The notes: a model not told the origin generated them from the letters alone. A stretch of DNA of 54,132 nt, filler included, from Squatina squatina (GCA_031763465.1; 3 parts of 3 records of this genome joined end to end with filler, not necessarily neighbours in it), one strand, 5' to 3'. Shown: positions 22,980-36,729, numbered from the whole stretch's first letter. Program-made: numbers and translations.

Positions 22980-24351
22980 GTGAGATTATAGTAGGGTATT
23001 TCACATTCACAAATCCACACAGGGAATAGGATGGGTCCATAAAGGTACCTCTTCTCGCTTCTTTAATATCAAGAATTAGATGCATGTATACCTGCTCAGG
23101 AAGCTGCACATCACCCTCCACAATAGACTGCCAGGATTGCACAGGCACGTGACCACCATAGGAACATGCACTCCCTCCCCGGCTAATCTATCAGCGAACA
23201 AGCAATCAATAAAACAGGCAACTGCAGTATTCACTATTACTACTTAATGTGTTATATTTCTAGTTCTTTACTGCCAACTGCCCCATTCTAGCCTCTCGCC
23301 GACCTTCCCGCCCAGCATGCCCGCTGGGGGCATATCTTGCCAATCTCCTCCCCATCCAACTCACCCCTCCCAGTGCTGACCCTGTGGTCTCTGGTAGCAG
23401 ATCANNNNNNNNNNNNNNNNNNNNNNNNNNNNNNNNNNNNNNNNNNNNNNNNNNNNNNNNNNNNNNNNNNNNNNNNNNNNNNNNNNNNNNNNNNNNNNNN
23501 NNNNCTTGTGTCTCCAGAATGAACCCATTTAAGGACTGAGGTGGCCTGAAACTTGATAGCAGCTCCTTCGATCCATTGCACGATTGGCCTGCTGAAAGAA
23601 ACTAAGATAATCAGCACTAATTAGGGGCCCATTAGTGCTGAAATTAGCACATTTTTTAAAGCTGCCAGAATTTTTTTTTCTATGTCCCGAATTGCAGGGC
23701 TCAAAGGGGCAGGGCTGAAACCGGAAACAATAACACCTATTTGTCCATTAGCTCCAGTAACTCAGAGGTCGAAGTGGTTGCCCATCTTACAAACATGACA
23801 AGAAAAACCCCAATCTCATCATGTGAGATACCACCGCTTACAATGAATAAACTGTGAACAAGAAATCATTTGAAAATACTTTTGGTTTCAGTAATTGAAT
23901 GGGATCTGACCTCATTCACAGATTAATTGCAATTACTTGACCACAAAATTCTGTAGTCTTCCTGCCTTTAGCACTAATGGTGGTAGACCAACTATGTTTT
24001 TCTTTCAATAGGTTCACTTTTCCCATTACCAAGACAAACAACTGTCTAACTACTAACCTTACTGGAATGTTATGTGAATATAATTCTGTACAATGTAGGA
24101 ACTGTAGTATAGAGAGTATAAAGTAACAATTCTTTCTTCTTGCAATTGGTGCTTCATACTATGTTACGCAAATCATTCTCCTGTGCACTATCAATGGCTG
24201 AGATGAGGGGAGTGGAAAAGGCATTTCTGGACAAGTATTAATGTTTTCCCTCCAATGTTCCTGGTCGCCCTATGAGAGGCCTCTGGCCTCCACAAGGGTT
24301 CCCTTCACAGTAACCTGATACAATGACCTCAGCAGAGTGGAGATACTAAGG

Positions 24352-24538
24352 GGGGCAATTTTATCTTAACCTGCCCATTGGGAAACCCAAGGGATTGGGT
24401 GCAATGCTGGTTTTACACCCCTCCCGATTTTACTTTTCGTTGATGTCAATGGAGAGTAATATAGGGAGGGGTGAAAAACAGGCATGGCCCCATAGCCCAT
24501 GGGTTTCCTGGATGGCGAGACAGGTTAAAATTATCCCC
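24352..24538. mobile_element. Palindromic MITE (~187 bp)
   Basis: ggggcaattttatc / gttaaaattatcccc termini; internal arms gggaaaccca/tgggtttcct and cacccctccc/gggaggggtg; central ttgatgtcaatgg. Confidence 0.8.
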
Positions 24539-25293
24539 ACTAGAAGTGTTCCGGTGCTATTATAAACCAAAACATGGAAGAAAGCCACATACATCAGTAT
24601 GTTCCTAGGTCTATACTATAAACTTTGTGGAGAGCTGTGGTCATCATTGCTTTTTTTACCTTTGTAATAATAAGTAAGTTAATATCCCAAGAGAGAGAAA
24701 GTCAAATTATCAGTCAAGGACATTTTATTTTTCATGTGGCACTGGTTGTCATTCATATGAATAAACCATGTGTAGTCACAGGACAGCAAAAGAGGGTTTT
24801 ATTAAAAAAAACATTTTTTACTTTGCAGATCTTATGGTATTCAGTCTCAGGAGAGTGGCACTGTAATGATCTCCGTGCATGATTCCCCCTGACTTATATT
24901 TACCATCTGGTGCTACTACCATTCTGATGTATGGAATTAACTTTGTATTTAGCAGTACTGCCCAAGAAGCAGCTAATCCGATAGCAGATTGTGAGACCTA
25001 AGATAAAAGTAGTTCTCTGCTGCCATTGAGACACTAGAGGTCATGCTCTTTCCATTTGAGAGTACTATTGATGGTGGGAGAACACCCACATCTACTATTC
25101 ACAGTAATTCCCTAATGTAAAAACACCCATTACAAATTATGATATGTGTGCTGTTTTATTTTTTCAATGACTAGCATTGGCTAGTCCAGGGTANNNNNNN
25201 NNNNNNNNNNNNNNNNNNNNNNNNNNNNNNNNNNNNNNNNNNNNNNNNNNNNNNNNNNNNNNNNNNNNNNNNNNNNNNNNNNNNNNNNNNNNN

Positions 25294-25410
25294 AACAGAG
25301 TCAACATTTTGGGTCGATGACCCTTCGACCCGAAACGTTGACTCTGTTTTTCTCTCCACAGTTGCTGTCTGACCTGCTGAGTTTTTCCAGCACTTTTTGT
25401 TTGTATTCAT
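25294..25410. mobile_element. Two Penelope-like termini in inverted orientation with hammerhead remnants
   Basis: 24-bp inverted repeat (22/24 matches), then ctctccacagttgctgtctgacctgctgagtttttccagca. Confidence 0.8.
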
Positions 25411-26813
25411 GAATCATAGTTTTCTGCTAGCCTGCATCATCCTGTGCATTGACGTTAACTGTTTCATGTCCTACAGAAGGGGAAAAAAACAAAGAAAAAA
25501 GGTATTGCCAATATAGTCAATCTATGTGGTGGAGATTAAGCTATTAATATATTGGACTTCATTGTGTCCTTCTATCTATAGTTTCTCTCGTATTGTCAGC
25601 TGAAATTCTATTCTATCAGCCTGATGTATTAACGACAGCTTTCTGAAAATAAGGCCTTTTCAGATGCTATACTGTGGGTAAAGTAAACTGAGCCGTTTCA
25701 CAGCAATGCTGTGCTTCCACTGTTTTATTTGCTGCCCAGGCTATATTTATATCTGCACAAATATATCCTGTCCCCACAAATGTTGATGATATTCCAGCCC
25801 TTGAAGTAAAATCAGATTAGTCCTCCAAAGAAGATACATTACATCTTTTAAACAAACCTTTATAGGCTATATGAAAGATAATTTTGGCCTGTATTTTGCA
25901 GTAATGTTAGAATGTAACCAGATAACACCATGTAGGTTTGTTATATATATTTTTGTGTGTCTGTTTTTCATATCCAGTGTATAAAAAGCATTAAATGAAC
26001 AGAGTTTCTTTAACCTTCAGTGGCATGAGGCCTAATGTTTTGGCAGTGAACATGCGTCCCTAACTCTGAACTTTACTCTTGTTCCTCCTAAGCTGGTAAT
26101 ATTCTGTGCTACATGCCCTTTCACCTCCCTGCATCACCAGTGTATTGAAAAATTGAGACTCATTGCACCCTCACCGAGCCGAACTCATCCTCTGCCAAGT
26201 CCTGAAACTCCTTCCCCACCTCCTACTTTCAAAACCCAAACTTGATGTCACCAAACTTTTGAAAATTACATGGCAACAGCTTGTTTTATATAATAAAAAA
26301 TTGAATTTCCAAGAAATTAACTGTAGGAATATTCCTGGATAAATCTTTAGCAATGACATTACCACCACAAATCCTCACATTAATGTCATTGCGCAGTGAT
26401 CTGTCAGCAACTGCCCACACAAAACGTTTGAGTCTCTGACCCTCTCCCAGTCCCTCCGTAATAAATTGAACCAGTATAATTACAAACAAGAAACAGATAC
26501 TGAGAAATTTCCAGAGTGGATTTAACCTTGTGATTCATCTAACTTGCCCTGGTTCTGCTTTACTCTAAAATTTATGGCGTCTACTGTAATCACTTGCAGG
26601 TATGCATTATTTCTTCCAGCACCATGGTCTTGCTCACAGTGCATTTGCTATTCGAATGCAGATCCGAAAACAGCCAATTATACATCTCCGACGAGACAGA
26701 GCAGCCCCTTTATACTGCAGGGCAGTTCGAGCAACTGGAAAGGGGAAACAGTAACTGCAATCAACCCACTTCTATTTCATTTTAAACTCTCAGAATCAGA
26801 GAANNNNNNNNNN

Positions 26814-27666
26814 AGAAGGTGGCCATTCGGCATGTCGAGCCCATGCCAGCTCTCTGCAAGAGCACTTCAGCTCGCCCACTCACTGCCTTTTCCCCATAGC
26901 CCTGCAATTTTTTTCTCTTTCATGTACTTATCCAATTCCCTTTTGAAAGCAGTGATTTGAGTCTACCTCCACCACCCTGTCCAGCAGTGTATTCCACATC
27001 CAAACCACTCGCTGTGTAAAAAAGTTTTTCTTGCATCATCTTTGGTTATTTTGCCAATCACTTTAAATCTGTGCCCTCTGGTTCTCGCACCTTTTGCCAA
27101 TGGGAACAGTTACTCTCGATCTGCTCTGTCCAGACCCCTCATGATTTTGAACACCTCTATCAAATCTCCTTAGAGCAGAGAAGATTGAAAGGAGAACAAA
27201 CCCAGCTTCTTCAGTCTATCCACATAACTGAAGTCCCTCATCCCTGTAATTGCTGTAAATCTTTTCTGCACCTTCTTGAAGGCCTTCTTAAAATGTGGTG
27301 CCCAGAATTGGGTACAATTCTCCAGTTGGGGCCAAACCACTTTAAACAAAAAAACAGGTTTGTTATAACTTCCATGCTTTTGTACTCTATAGCTCTACTC
27401 ATGAAGCCTATGATCAGTAAGTTTTTTTTATGACCACTTTCTCAACCTGCCCTGCCACCGTCAATGATTTGCGCATATATACCCCCAGGTCTCTCTGTTC
27501 TCTTTAGGTTATATTGCCTCTCCATTCTTTCTACCAAAAATGTATCACTTCACACTTTTCTGCGTTAAATTTCATCTGCCACATGTCCGCCCATTCCACC
27601 AGCTTGTCTATGACCTCTTGAATTCTATCACTATCCTCCTTACTGTTCAGTATATTTCCAAGTCAA
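26814..27666 (-). mobile_element. CR1-like LINE 3' portion
   Basis: ggccattcggc...tccaattcccttttgaa...tgtggtgcccagaattgg...aatttcatctgcca. Confidence 0.88.
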
Positions 27667-30559
27667 NNNNNNNNNNNNNNNNNNNNNNNNNNNNNNNNNN
27701 NNNNNNNNNNNNNNNNNNNNNNNNNNNNNNNNNNNNNNNNNNNNNNNNNNNNNNNNNNNNNNNNNNCACTTAACTGAGGCCTGAATCCGAATTCGGGTTG
27801 GGGTCTCACAAACGGGAGTGGCTCCTGCCCCAACTTCGTGCCCATTTCTATCGGAAGTCAAATTTCATGTCCTGTAGATCAATTTATTTCCAGTACACTA
27901 GGTCTGCATTAAACCATGGAATGCAAAAAGGTGCAGCTCCTCTCCTTTCCAGCTTATTCCTACTATACCAGAAATTACCGTTTGCGATTTCTGATTTTTC
28001 TGATATTTTTAACCTATTCAAAATGAATACCTTGCTGCCAGTCATTGAACTAGCAGAAAAGGGAATGTCATATAATCGTGTGAAGCACTTGTCATTCATA
28101 AACATTTCAAGGCTATGGTTACATTTCCTAACCTCCGCTATCAGAAGAAACTAAACTGTGAAGTTGTTTTTCAGCAGATCCGGAGGGGGGAAGTTAATGA
28201 ACACTTGTACTGTCTTCTCCTTTTCTACCGTATGCTTTTGGGCGAGTGGGTGGAAGCAAGACCAAAAATAATAAACTGTTTTAATTCTTGTGAAGTGGCT
28301 GGAAATTATTTAAAGCTCATCAACACAACAGAATGGCCGATTGCCACTCTAACAAAGCTTGGCAATTTAAAAATATGCATTGTTTGCATCTAGCTCATAT
28401 GCACAGCACAATTAGGAAGGCGAGCTTGGTTCCAAATATTTGGTAACTGTTAAGCGATTAATGATATGAACAGTTAAGTGGTTGTTCTGTAGGTGGAGTG
28501 CACATGTGTTGTGTGTTGCTGCTTTTAATAACAAAGAATGTAAAATTACAGGGGGCTACCTTTAGTTTGTTTACCCCTAAGTGAGAACAAGCAATTACAT
28601 TTTAACAATCTGAAAAGCGGATGTTGGCAAAATTAGCAACAGCACCAGACACGCTATTTCCTAACTAGCTAATTCTTTCACTTTCTATTTAGTCAAGTGC
28701 CACCAGACCCAAATATTATTTTTTTTAAATTAAACAGTGAAAATCTGAATCTAGCGTAGATATAGTTTGTGAATTTTTCAATATTTGCTGATCTTTCTCT
28801 TCCCTTGTTACAGTTCCCTGACTGACCAGAGGTGTCAATGCTGAGCACAGTGACAACCCACATTTCAAAAATGACTGTAAATGTTGGCAATTCTACACTA
28901 AAGACCTAAAAATTAAATAATTGAAATTTTTGAATTGAGAAATACAAACCTTTGTCATTTATCGATGGATCATCTCTTTAATCTTCACAGATCCAGTTCT
29001 CCATCTACAGTCAGAGTGAATGTTTTCAACATCTGTTTCTTCATAGCTTCTCAAAAAATCAAAATAATTTGAAATGAAAATGAAAGTGTTGAAGTCACAA
29101 AAAGAATGGAAGTGATTCAATAATGCTAACGTTACAGAGATAAGTACAGATAGGAGTGGCCATTCAGCCCATCTAGCCCACTCCTCTATCGAAGCAGTAA
29201 TGTACTGACATGAATACTTCAATATGACAATGGAATATAAAAATCTTAAATATGNNNNNNNNNNNNNNNNNNNNNNNNNNNNNNNNNNNNNNNNNNNNNN
29301 NNNNNNNNNNNNNNNNNNNNNNNNNNNNNNNNNNNNNNNNNNNNNNNNNNNNNNAAGAATAAGAAAAGCTGAGAAAATGGAAGGATAGATGCATTGAAAG
29401 AAGAAAAATGATGTTTGGATTAAAGTAAAATAGAAAGAAATTGAATGGAAAACAATGCCTTGCCTTTGAATTCAGACCATTGGTATAAAACCTGGTTTTG
29501 TTTGTACATATAGTCGCAGTAATCCCTGACTCCAGCTGAGGCTCTGTTTCTGTTTAAGTAAATAAGGCATTTTTCAGAACCTTAATTAAATGCAGATGCA
29601 AATAAGGAAAAGAATATTGAAAATATTTTGTAAAAACATACATTGTCTACAAGAAAAAAGGAACATTTAAGACAGAGGGAAGGACCTCTGGGATGTTGAA
29701 TGGAAACTCATTCAAACCAGCTAACCAGGAATATGTATAGATTATAAAATCTACCAATGCGTAGATCTTGTGTCACTTCAGGTGGGGTTTCAATGCATCA
29801 GTCTTATACAAAGTTTGACGTGCTTGATGTTTTTAAGCTCCATGTATAAATAATTTGTGGCCCATATGACCCTGTTGCAACATTCTTCCTTTAAAGGATT
29901 GAACAGGCCTTTCAGTGCAACGTTCTTCATCCATCCATCTGCGCAAGTGTTTCCTTTTAGTAGAAGCTGAGATTGAAACAATTAACTCCTTACACACCAC
30001 TGTGTCATCTTACCACTGTATGAAGTTACAGCAGGGTTGGAAACATAGCCAGCTGGACTGGTGCCAATCCATAATGAAACCTGCCTGGAGGCCACATTTA
30101 CTTCACTTGANNNNNNNNNNNNNNNNNNNNNNNNNNNNNNNNNNNNNNNNNNNNNNNNNNNNNNNNNNNNNNNNNNNNNNNNNNNNNNNNNNNNNNNNNN
30201 NNNNNNNNNNTTGATATCAGTTTTGTAGCACAAATTCAAAGTTAATATCAAAAATTACCGTTTGCCTTTTTACTGTGTGCCAGGGTCTGAGTTTCCTCCA
30301 GTACGTAAACTAATAAGGCCACCAGTGCAGAACACAATATACTTAAAATTAGGAGAAAGGATAAAAATATGAAGATGCTGCAAATTAACAGCTTATGTGG
30401 AGGAATAGAGCCAGGGAAAAGGAAACAGACTCCCTATAAATAATTGGCAGGCATGGTGGTCTGCACCTCTGCAGCTATCTGCGTTTTTCTTCCACCATAT
30501 TCCCAGGCCACTGGACCCAAATTTACAATGCATCTCTCCAAGCTATTGTGCTGTAGCCA

Positions 30560-30850
30560 TTGACACATCCTCTGGGTCTTGGATACATCTTTTATTTCTC
30601 TAATTTCTCTCAACATTGCTTCCTTTTGTCAGATTATTATCACTTCTGTCCTCCACCTAATCACAGGCTATTCTTTTTTTGCCTCCCTGCTCCCTTTCTC
30701 TTAGCTTTGTTCCTCCTTATACACTGTTCATCCATAACACCTCAAGGTGCTAACGAACGGTTACCAACCTGAAACGTTAACCCTACCTTCCTCTCTCCAT
30801 GGGTACTGCTAGACCTGCTGAGCATTTGCAGTGTTTACAGTTTTTACTAC
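30560..30850 (+). mobile_element. Degenerate Penelope-like 3' region and terminal with hammerhead remnant
   Basis: Pyrimidine-rich tract, then ctaacgaacggttaccaacctgaaacgttaac...gacctgctgagcattt. Confidence 0.7.
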
Positions 30851-31805
30851 AAGTTAAGTAAAGACTGTACATTTGGGAAGAGAATTCTGCTGCATATTAA
30901 AATTCGAAACTAGTTACATATAAACAGAGAGGAAATCATCCGTTTTAGTTAGCTTTTTAAAAAATGGTGCGTGTAGCTTTTTAGACAAATATTGTGATGG
31001 TCTAAAACAACTGAAATTTGAATCATAAATCTAAGTCCAATTTTAATCATCAATTTACTAAATTAATAAAAATCAATAAATGTGAGTAAGGTACAGGAAC
31101 CCTCCAGTGTAAATCTCCCAACTCCACTCAATTCTTGTTGAGAATAAAGCACGTTATTTTCTGCAAGCAAAGGGATTGAAAGGTTAAATATGTGAAGCAT
31201 TGTATAGTAAGATCATTTGCTAATTGAAACAGGCTGCTGTGCCTCCCGAGTCCCTGACACTCTCCAATCAGCTGGTACTTGATGTATCATTTCCTGCTGC
31301 CTCTTACTATTTACTTTTCTAAAGAAATCATTTTGCTCTGTTTTGAGTTCCAGAATATTTACACAAGTGATAAAATGTCACTGCGATGCCCAAACGATGA
31401 GCTCAGTCCTGATGCAAGTAATAGGAGAGTAGTTTGGGGAAAAGATGCAGGGGGCCCAATTGGCTTGCGCTACACTGGAAACTTAAGTTACCGATTTGGC
31501 CAGGTTTCTACACCGCCCTGTTAACGCGCGGAATTGGTCTCTTTAAAATTATTTTTCAGGCGGGTTGCAAATCGGGCTTGAATTGAGTGTAAATGGGTGC
31601 AGGTGTGGTGCTAAGTGAGTGAGAGAGATTCCATGGCACCGCTTCACTGATGGCGCTCAATCAATTACCAGCCCACATCAGCCCTTAAAGGCAATGTGGA
31701 AACTCAGTGCACCCACTGCTCAGGTCAGTCTTTGAGGCAAGTGTGCTTTGTGCAGGTTTAGTGATTCACTCCAGAATAGTTTTGAAAACCATTCGGTCTG
31801 CATCC

Positions 31806-32031
31806 ATGGCTGCAGGTGGACGAGAGGCCAGAGCCCCGAGGTTCTTGGATGAGGTGGTGGAGGCTCTAGTCGCTGCTGTAGAGGCTCGGGCCACGCGATT
31901 ATTTTCAAAGGCGGGCAGAAGAGGAAGTGTTCAGCTAGTGAGGTCATTGTGGAGGGAAGTAGCTAGGGAGGTGTCGGCTGCAGATGCAGTTGCCCGGACA
32001 GGACATCAATGTAGAAAAAAATGCAGTCAAA
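31806..32031 (+). mobile_element. PIF/Harbinger Myb/SANT-like (ORF1) first exon within a larger relic (~31450-32520)
   Basis: MAAGGREARAPRFLDEVVEALVAAVEAR...LWREVAREVSA...RTGHQCRKK followed by a GTAAGT donor. Confidence 0.8.
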
Positions 32032-33237
32032 GTAAGTGTGCTTTGTTGTCAACTGCTCAAATGTCCATGTTTGAGAAGAGCCTTGTTATTGTGAAGCCAA
32101 TCTCATCATCATGTCAGTGTTTATGATTCTACATGCACGCATCATTGTTTGTTGCCTTGCAACAAATGGCATAGGACACCCAATTGATCTGCCCTGAGTT
32201 TGAGACGTTAGTGGACCAAAAACTTTGGGCGCCCATTCCTTCCGCGAATGGTAAGATGCCGAACACCATTTGAGCGCAAATGGGCAATTGGAGTGGGCTG
32301 ATCGTGGGTGCAACTTCGGCGGTGGTTGGGGAGTGCTTGAAGCATGGCGGCCAATGCTAGCAGGCATCATTGGGCCCAGCACCTAAAATGGCTGCCCGCA
32401 CAGCAATTCACCCACGTTTTAGATTATTAAAATTAGCGGTGACACCACCCACTTTTTTGGGCGGTGACACCTGGTGGGGAGTGATCTTTAGCATGAGAAA
32501 ACTGGCGCGAAATTTATTATCAAAAAAATCGGCATTTTTTTTAAAAATTGGCTTGCAGCCATTGTGCGAGACTTGAAAAGTGCATGATTAACATTAATAT
32601 GTGTCTTTGCCTGCCCAGTTTGGATTTAAATTTTTTTTTGACTATTCGGCCATGGGGTGGGTGGGGTGCTTCACAAATGCTGGAGTAGGAACTGAGATGC
32701 AGGAATAGCCTCCATTTGAAACAGAGAGATGACTAGCATTGATCTGTGCCTTTGCCTGCCCAGTTTGCTTTTTGACCAATGTGACTATTTGGTCATGGGA
32801 GGCTTCACTACTGGTGCCACCTCCTCCAGATGCCCTCCAGCCTCAGACCAGGGCTTCCACAGCTGGCATCATTTAACAGAGCCCAGCAAAGCACAAAAGA
32901 AAATAAGTGGACAGATGGACAGACAAACTGTATTTGGAGTGACCTAAGCAGTAGTTGTGTGTGCAGAAGGATCCCATTTAAGGCCTGGGAGGTGTCCTGA
33001 GAGCTGCTTGCTGCTGTTTAGACATTTTCTGCACTTAGTCTCCTGAAAGGAGTGAAGTTAGTTTAGCACCTATCAGGGTCCGATTAGCGCTGTAGAATTG
33101 TGCCCAAATTGAGACTTTCTGGACAATAACCTGGGCCNNNNNNNNNNNNNNNNNNNNNNNNNNNNNNNNNNNNNNNNNNNNNNNNNNNNNNNNNNNNNNN
33201 NNNNNNNNNNNNNNNNNNNNNNNNNNNNNNNNNNNNN

Positions 33238-33575
33238 TAGATATAGAGAAACTGTTCCCATTGGTGGAATGGTTGAGAACCAGCGAGCACAGATCTAAGG
33301 TGATTGTCAGAAGACCCAGAGGCGACATGAGGAAAAACCTTTTCATGCAGCGAGTGCTTGGGATCTGCTGCCTGAAAAGGTGGTAGGGGCAGATTCAATT
33401 GTGGCTTTCAAAAGGGAATTTGATAATTGACTGAAGGGGAAAAAAATTGAAAGGACTACGAGGAAAGGGCGGAAGGTAGGACTCGCTGAAGTGCTCTTGC
33501 AGAGAACTGGCATGGGCTCGATGGACAGAATGGCCTCCCTCCTGTGCTGTAACAATTCTATGATTCTATGATTGT
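33238..33575 (+). mobile_element. CR1-like LINE 3' end with tail
   Basis: Ends gaatggcctccctcctgtgctgtaacaattctatgattctatgatt. Confidence 0.9.
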
Positions 33576-34584
33576 GATACAATTGCAATATTTGCAATTA
33601 ATCAGGTGTGCTAATTGCAGGTGTACCATTCCTTTAAATAGGCCAGTAATCCAACTCACACTTTGTGCTGATAAAATCTCACTTCTAGTAATCTGCCACA
33701 ATCAAGAATTATAACACAGATAATTGGCATGGCTGTAAAATAGGAGCTTTAGCAAGATCAGTGCACAATCGGATAGGAAGATTTATTTAAAATGTAAACA
33801 ATTAAATAATTGAATTGTAATTTCAATGATCTTATAACCACCCAGTAATACCAGTGACCATTTCAAAATCACTGCTTCAGCTAAGCAGACTGGCAAGCAT
33901 GGAGAAATATGCATTTTAATGATTATGATTATGATTATAAAATCTCTATGAAGAAAGTAATCGTTAGTAAACTGTTTTAGATTATTAATTGACCAATTGA
34001 AGTGCACGTTCTATGCCAGTTACTCTCAGGTTGCTAAATCTTTGTGGTGCATTTAGATAAATATGCATTCCACTTAATGTATCAATCACGACTACACTTA
34101 TATACGCTTTTTTCTAAATGCTATCTGTGGGCTAGGCTCCAGTAACACCAATCTCCTGAACTCCGGTAATACAGAACCAGCATCCTTGAGTATGAATTGT
34201 AAAGAGTATAAAATGTAGATTCAAGGAGCCAGCAGTTGAAAATCCGTGAAATAAACCAAATAATATCCTTCAAAGAATGGTCAAGGTAAAACAGACTTTA
34301 GCTAAAGTAAAGCAAATTTGAAACAGATTCAAAACATGGTTGATGGGTATCAAAGAACCCATTTGAGAAAAAAATAAATGGTAACAGCTGAATGAAAAAT
34401 CACAATGGAATGCTAAAACTCATTACTCACTTCCTTCTTATTTCATTAATTTATTAAGTAAATATAGCTACAGCGCTCCGGTTACTTTTTGTGCTAGCAT
34501 TTTAAAATGTTTTTTTTTATTTTATATTCCAAAATGATTTTTATGGGATAATTTTAAAATAATTCTCATTTTCATAAATGTACC

Positions 34585-34905
34585 TTTTTCCAACGATACC
34601 CCTTCTCCAGTCTATCCATGTAACTGTAATCCCACATCCCTGGAACCATTCATTAAATCTCTCCTGTACCCACTCCAAAACCTTCCCCTCCTTCCGAAAG
34701 TGCGGTGCCCAGAATTGGACACAATACTCCAGCTGAACCAGTGTTTTATATAGGTTTAGCCATAACATTCCTGGCTTTTGTACTCTAGGCCTCTATTTAT
34801 AAAGCCCAGGATCGTGTGTGCTTATTAACTGCTTTGCCAACCTGTCCTGGCACCTTCAAAGATGTGTGCACAAACACCCCAGGTCTCTCTTTCCTTGCAT
34901 CCCCT
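34585..34905 (-). mobile_element. CR1-like LINE fragment
   Basis: LYKTLVQLEYCVQFWAPHFRK...VLEWVQERF. Confidence 0.88.
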
Positions 34906-35779
34906 TGACAATAACACAAGCTATGCAGACAAGCGAGAAGGGTCTGCGTGTTGTAAGATTGCTATCGGCAGTACAGCACATCAGGCATTAATGTTGATGT
35001 CGTTCCTAGTGAAGATTAATGACCTGACAAAGAGGAGACACTGGTCATACTCCTGGGCTGTTAGGAAACGTCACTCCCCAATTGGCTCGTTCATGGGATA
35101 AAAGTCAGAGAGACGGGAGATTCCTTCAATTCCCACTTGGAACTGAGCAGTTTTCTATATGTTACTTTTTAAATCTTCCATTTATCCCTACTTCTTATTC
35201 AGAAACCTGAATTACTGATGTCACGATTTGTGATAATTTTACGTCAACATTTACCAAACTGATTCAACATTCATAATGGGAATTTCTGATGTAAACAGTC
35301 GCCTGTCACATTTGTTGATCACCCAATTTAATCACTCGAAATGCTTGTGAAAAAATATCTGGTCAGATCTTCTTTCTCAGTACCTGAAATTTCTAATGTC
35401 CAAAATAAAAGAAAAAAAAATCATAAAGTACATATTTCACAATACAATTAAATTTAACTGCTGAATTCTTTTTTCTATCTTTTAATGTGTTCAATAAAGT
35501 ATCTGCTTCNNNNNNNNNNNNNNNNNNNNNNNNNNNNNNNNNNNNNNNNNNNNNNNNNNNNNNNNNNNNNNNNNNNNNNNNNNNNNNNNNNNNNNNNNNN
35601 NNNNNNNNNTGGTAACATGTTTAAAACAAACTATATTTGATCTACTGTTTAAGACTAATAGGAGGAGCCTGAGATGATGGAAAATAGAATGGTAAATGAA
35701 CTGTTGAGCACCAGTGATCAGAAAGCCATTAGATGCAGGCCAGCTGTAACTGAAGTTTTTCACAGCTCATTAAGTGCAG

Positions 35780-36455
35780 GAGTACCAGAAAGCTGGAAAA
35801 TAATTGATGTTACAATATTTTAGAAAGGTCAGGCGCACGATCCTGGGAATTATGGCCCTGTTAGCCCGTCATCTATGATAGGAAAAACATTAAAAAGGAG
35901 GTAATTCAAGCACACTTAACAAGAGCAAAGTCAATAATTCTAAACCAATGTGGGCTTATGAAAATCAGGTCAAGCCGAACACATTCAGAAGAATTCTTTG
36001 CGGACCCAACAGAATTGGGGGTAAGGGTAATTTAGCGATGTTACGTGCCTTGTCTTTCAGAAGGCACTTGATAAAAATGACTTACAATAGACTTGTAGCT
36101 GAATTGAAAGCTCCTGGGAGAAAGGAGGAAGTAGTAAATTGAATTCTAAATTGGCTATATGATGCAAAACAATGGGTAGTGATCAATGGTCACAGTTCTG
36201 GCTGGACAGCTGTGATCAGCAAAACACACTGCCAACCAGTTCTGGAATCTCTGCTATATTTATAAATGATCTCAGTGAAGCTATTAACAGTTGAATGTCT
36301 AAGATTGTAAACTGTACCAAGTTGTTTGGGAGTGCATAGAGAAAACAATAAAATGGGTAGAAGTCTGCAGGATGTAACAAGTGGATGGATAAGTCACAAA
36401 TATTTATTAAATTCTAATATATATCTTGGCCCTAAAATAATTCTATGATTCTATA
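35780..36455 (+). mobile_element. Old, heavily decayed CR1 LINE
   Basis: ggagtaccagaa..tggaaa...cctgggaattatggccctgttagcc (PGNY.PVS), tttataaatgatct (FINDL) and a ttctatgattcta tail. Confidence 0.7.
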
Positions 36456-36729
36456 TCAGTAAGACTTGTCTGAGTGATAATATTTTATGGAATTGAGAGT
36501 AGGTTGTATGAGTTAAAAGGTAATGCAAGTAAATATACCCTTTTGATTAAGCAGGCTGTTTGAACTTCTAACTAAATACAGGAACCAAAGTCATCCAAAT
36601 CTTTGCAATTGTGGCGAAACATCGGAGCTCCTGCGTTTCCAACATCGAATCATTTCTGGGTTCAGGTTGGCCTCCCCTTGTTAAAGTTGGCGGAGACAAT
36701 CATCCCCTCCCTGCTTGTGTGCTGCCACT

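Noticed and set aside
29790-29981. 'LFNP' peptide suggesting a RORB C-terminus
   Set aside because: The surrounding residues do not match; chance four-residue hit.
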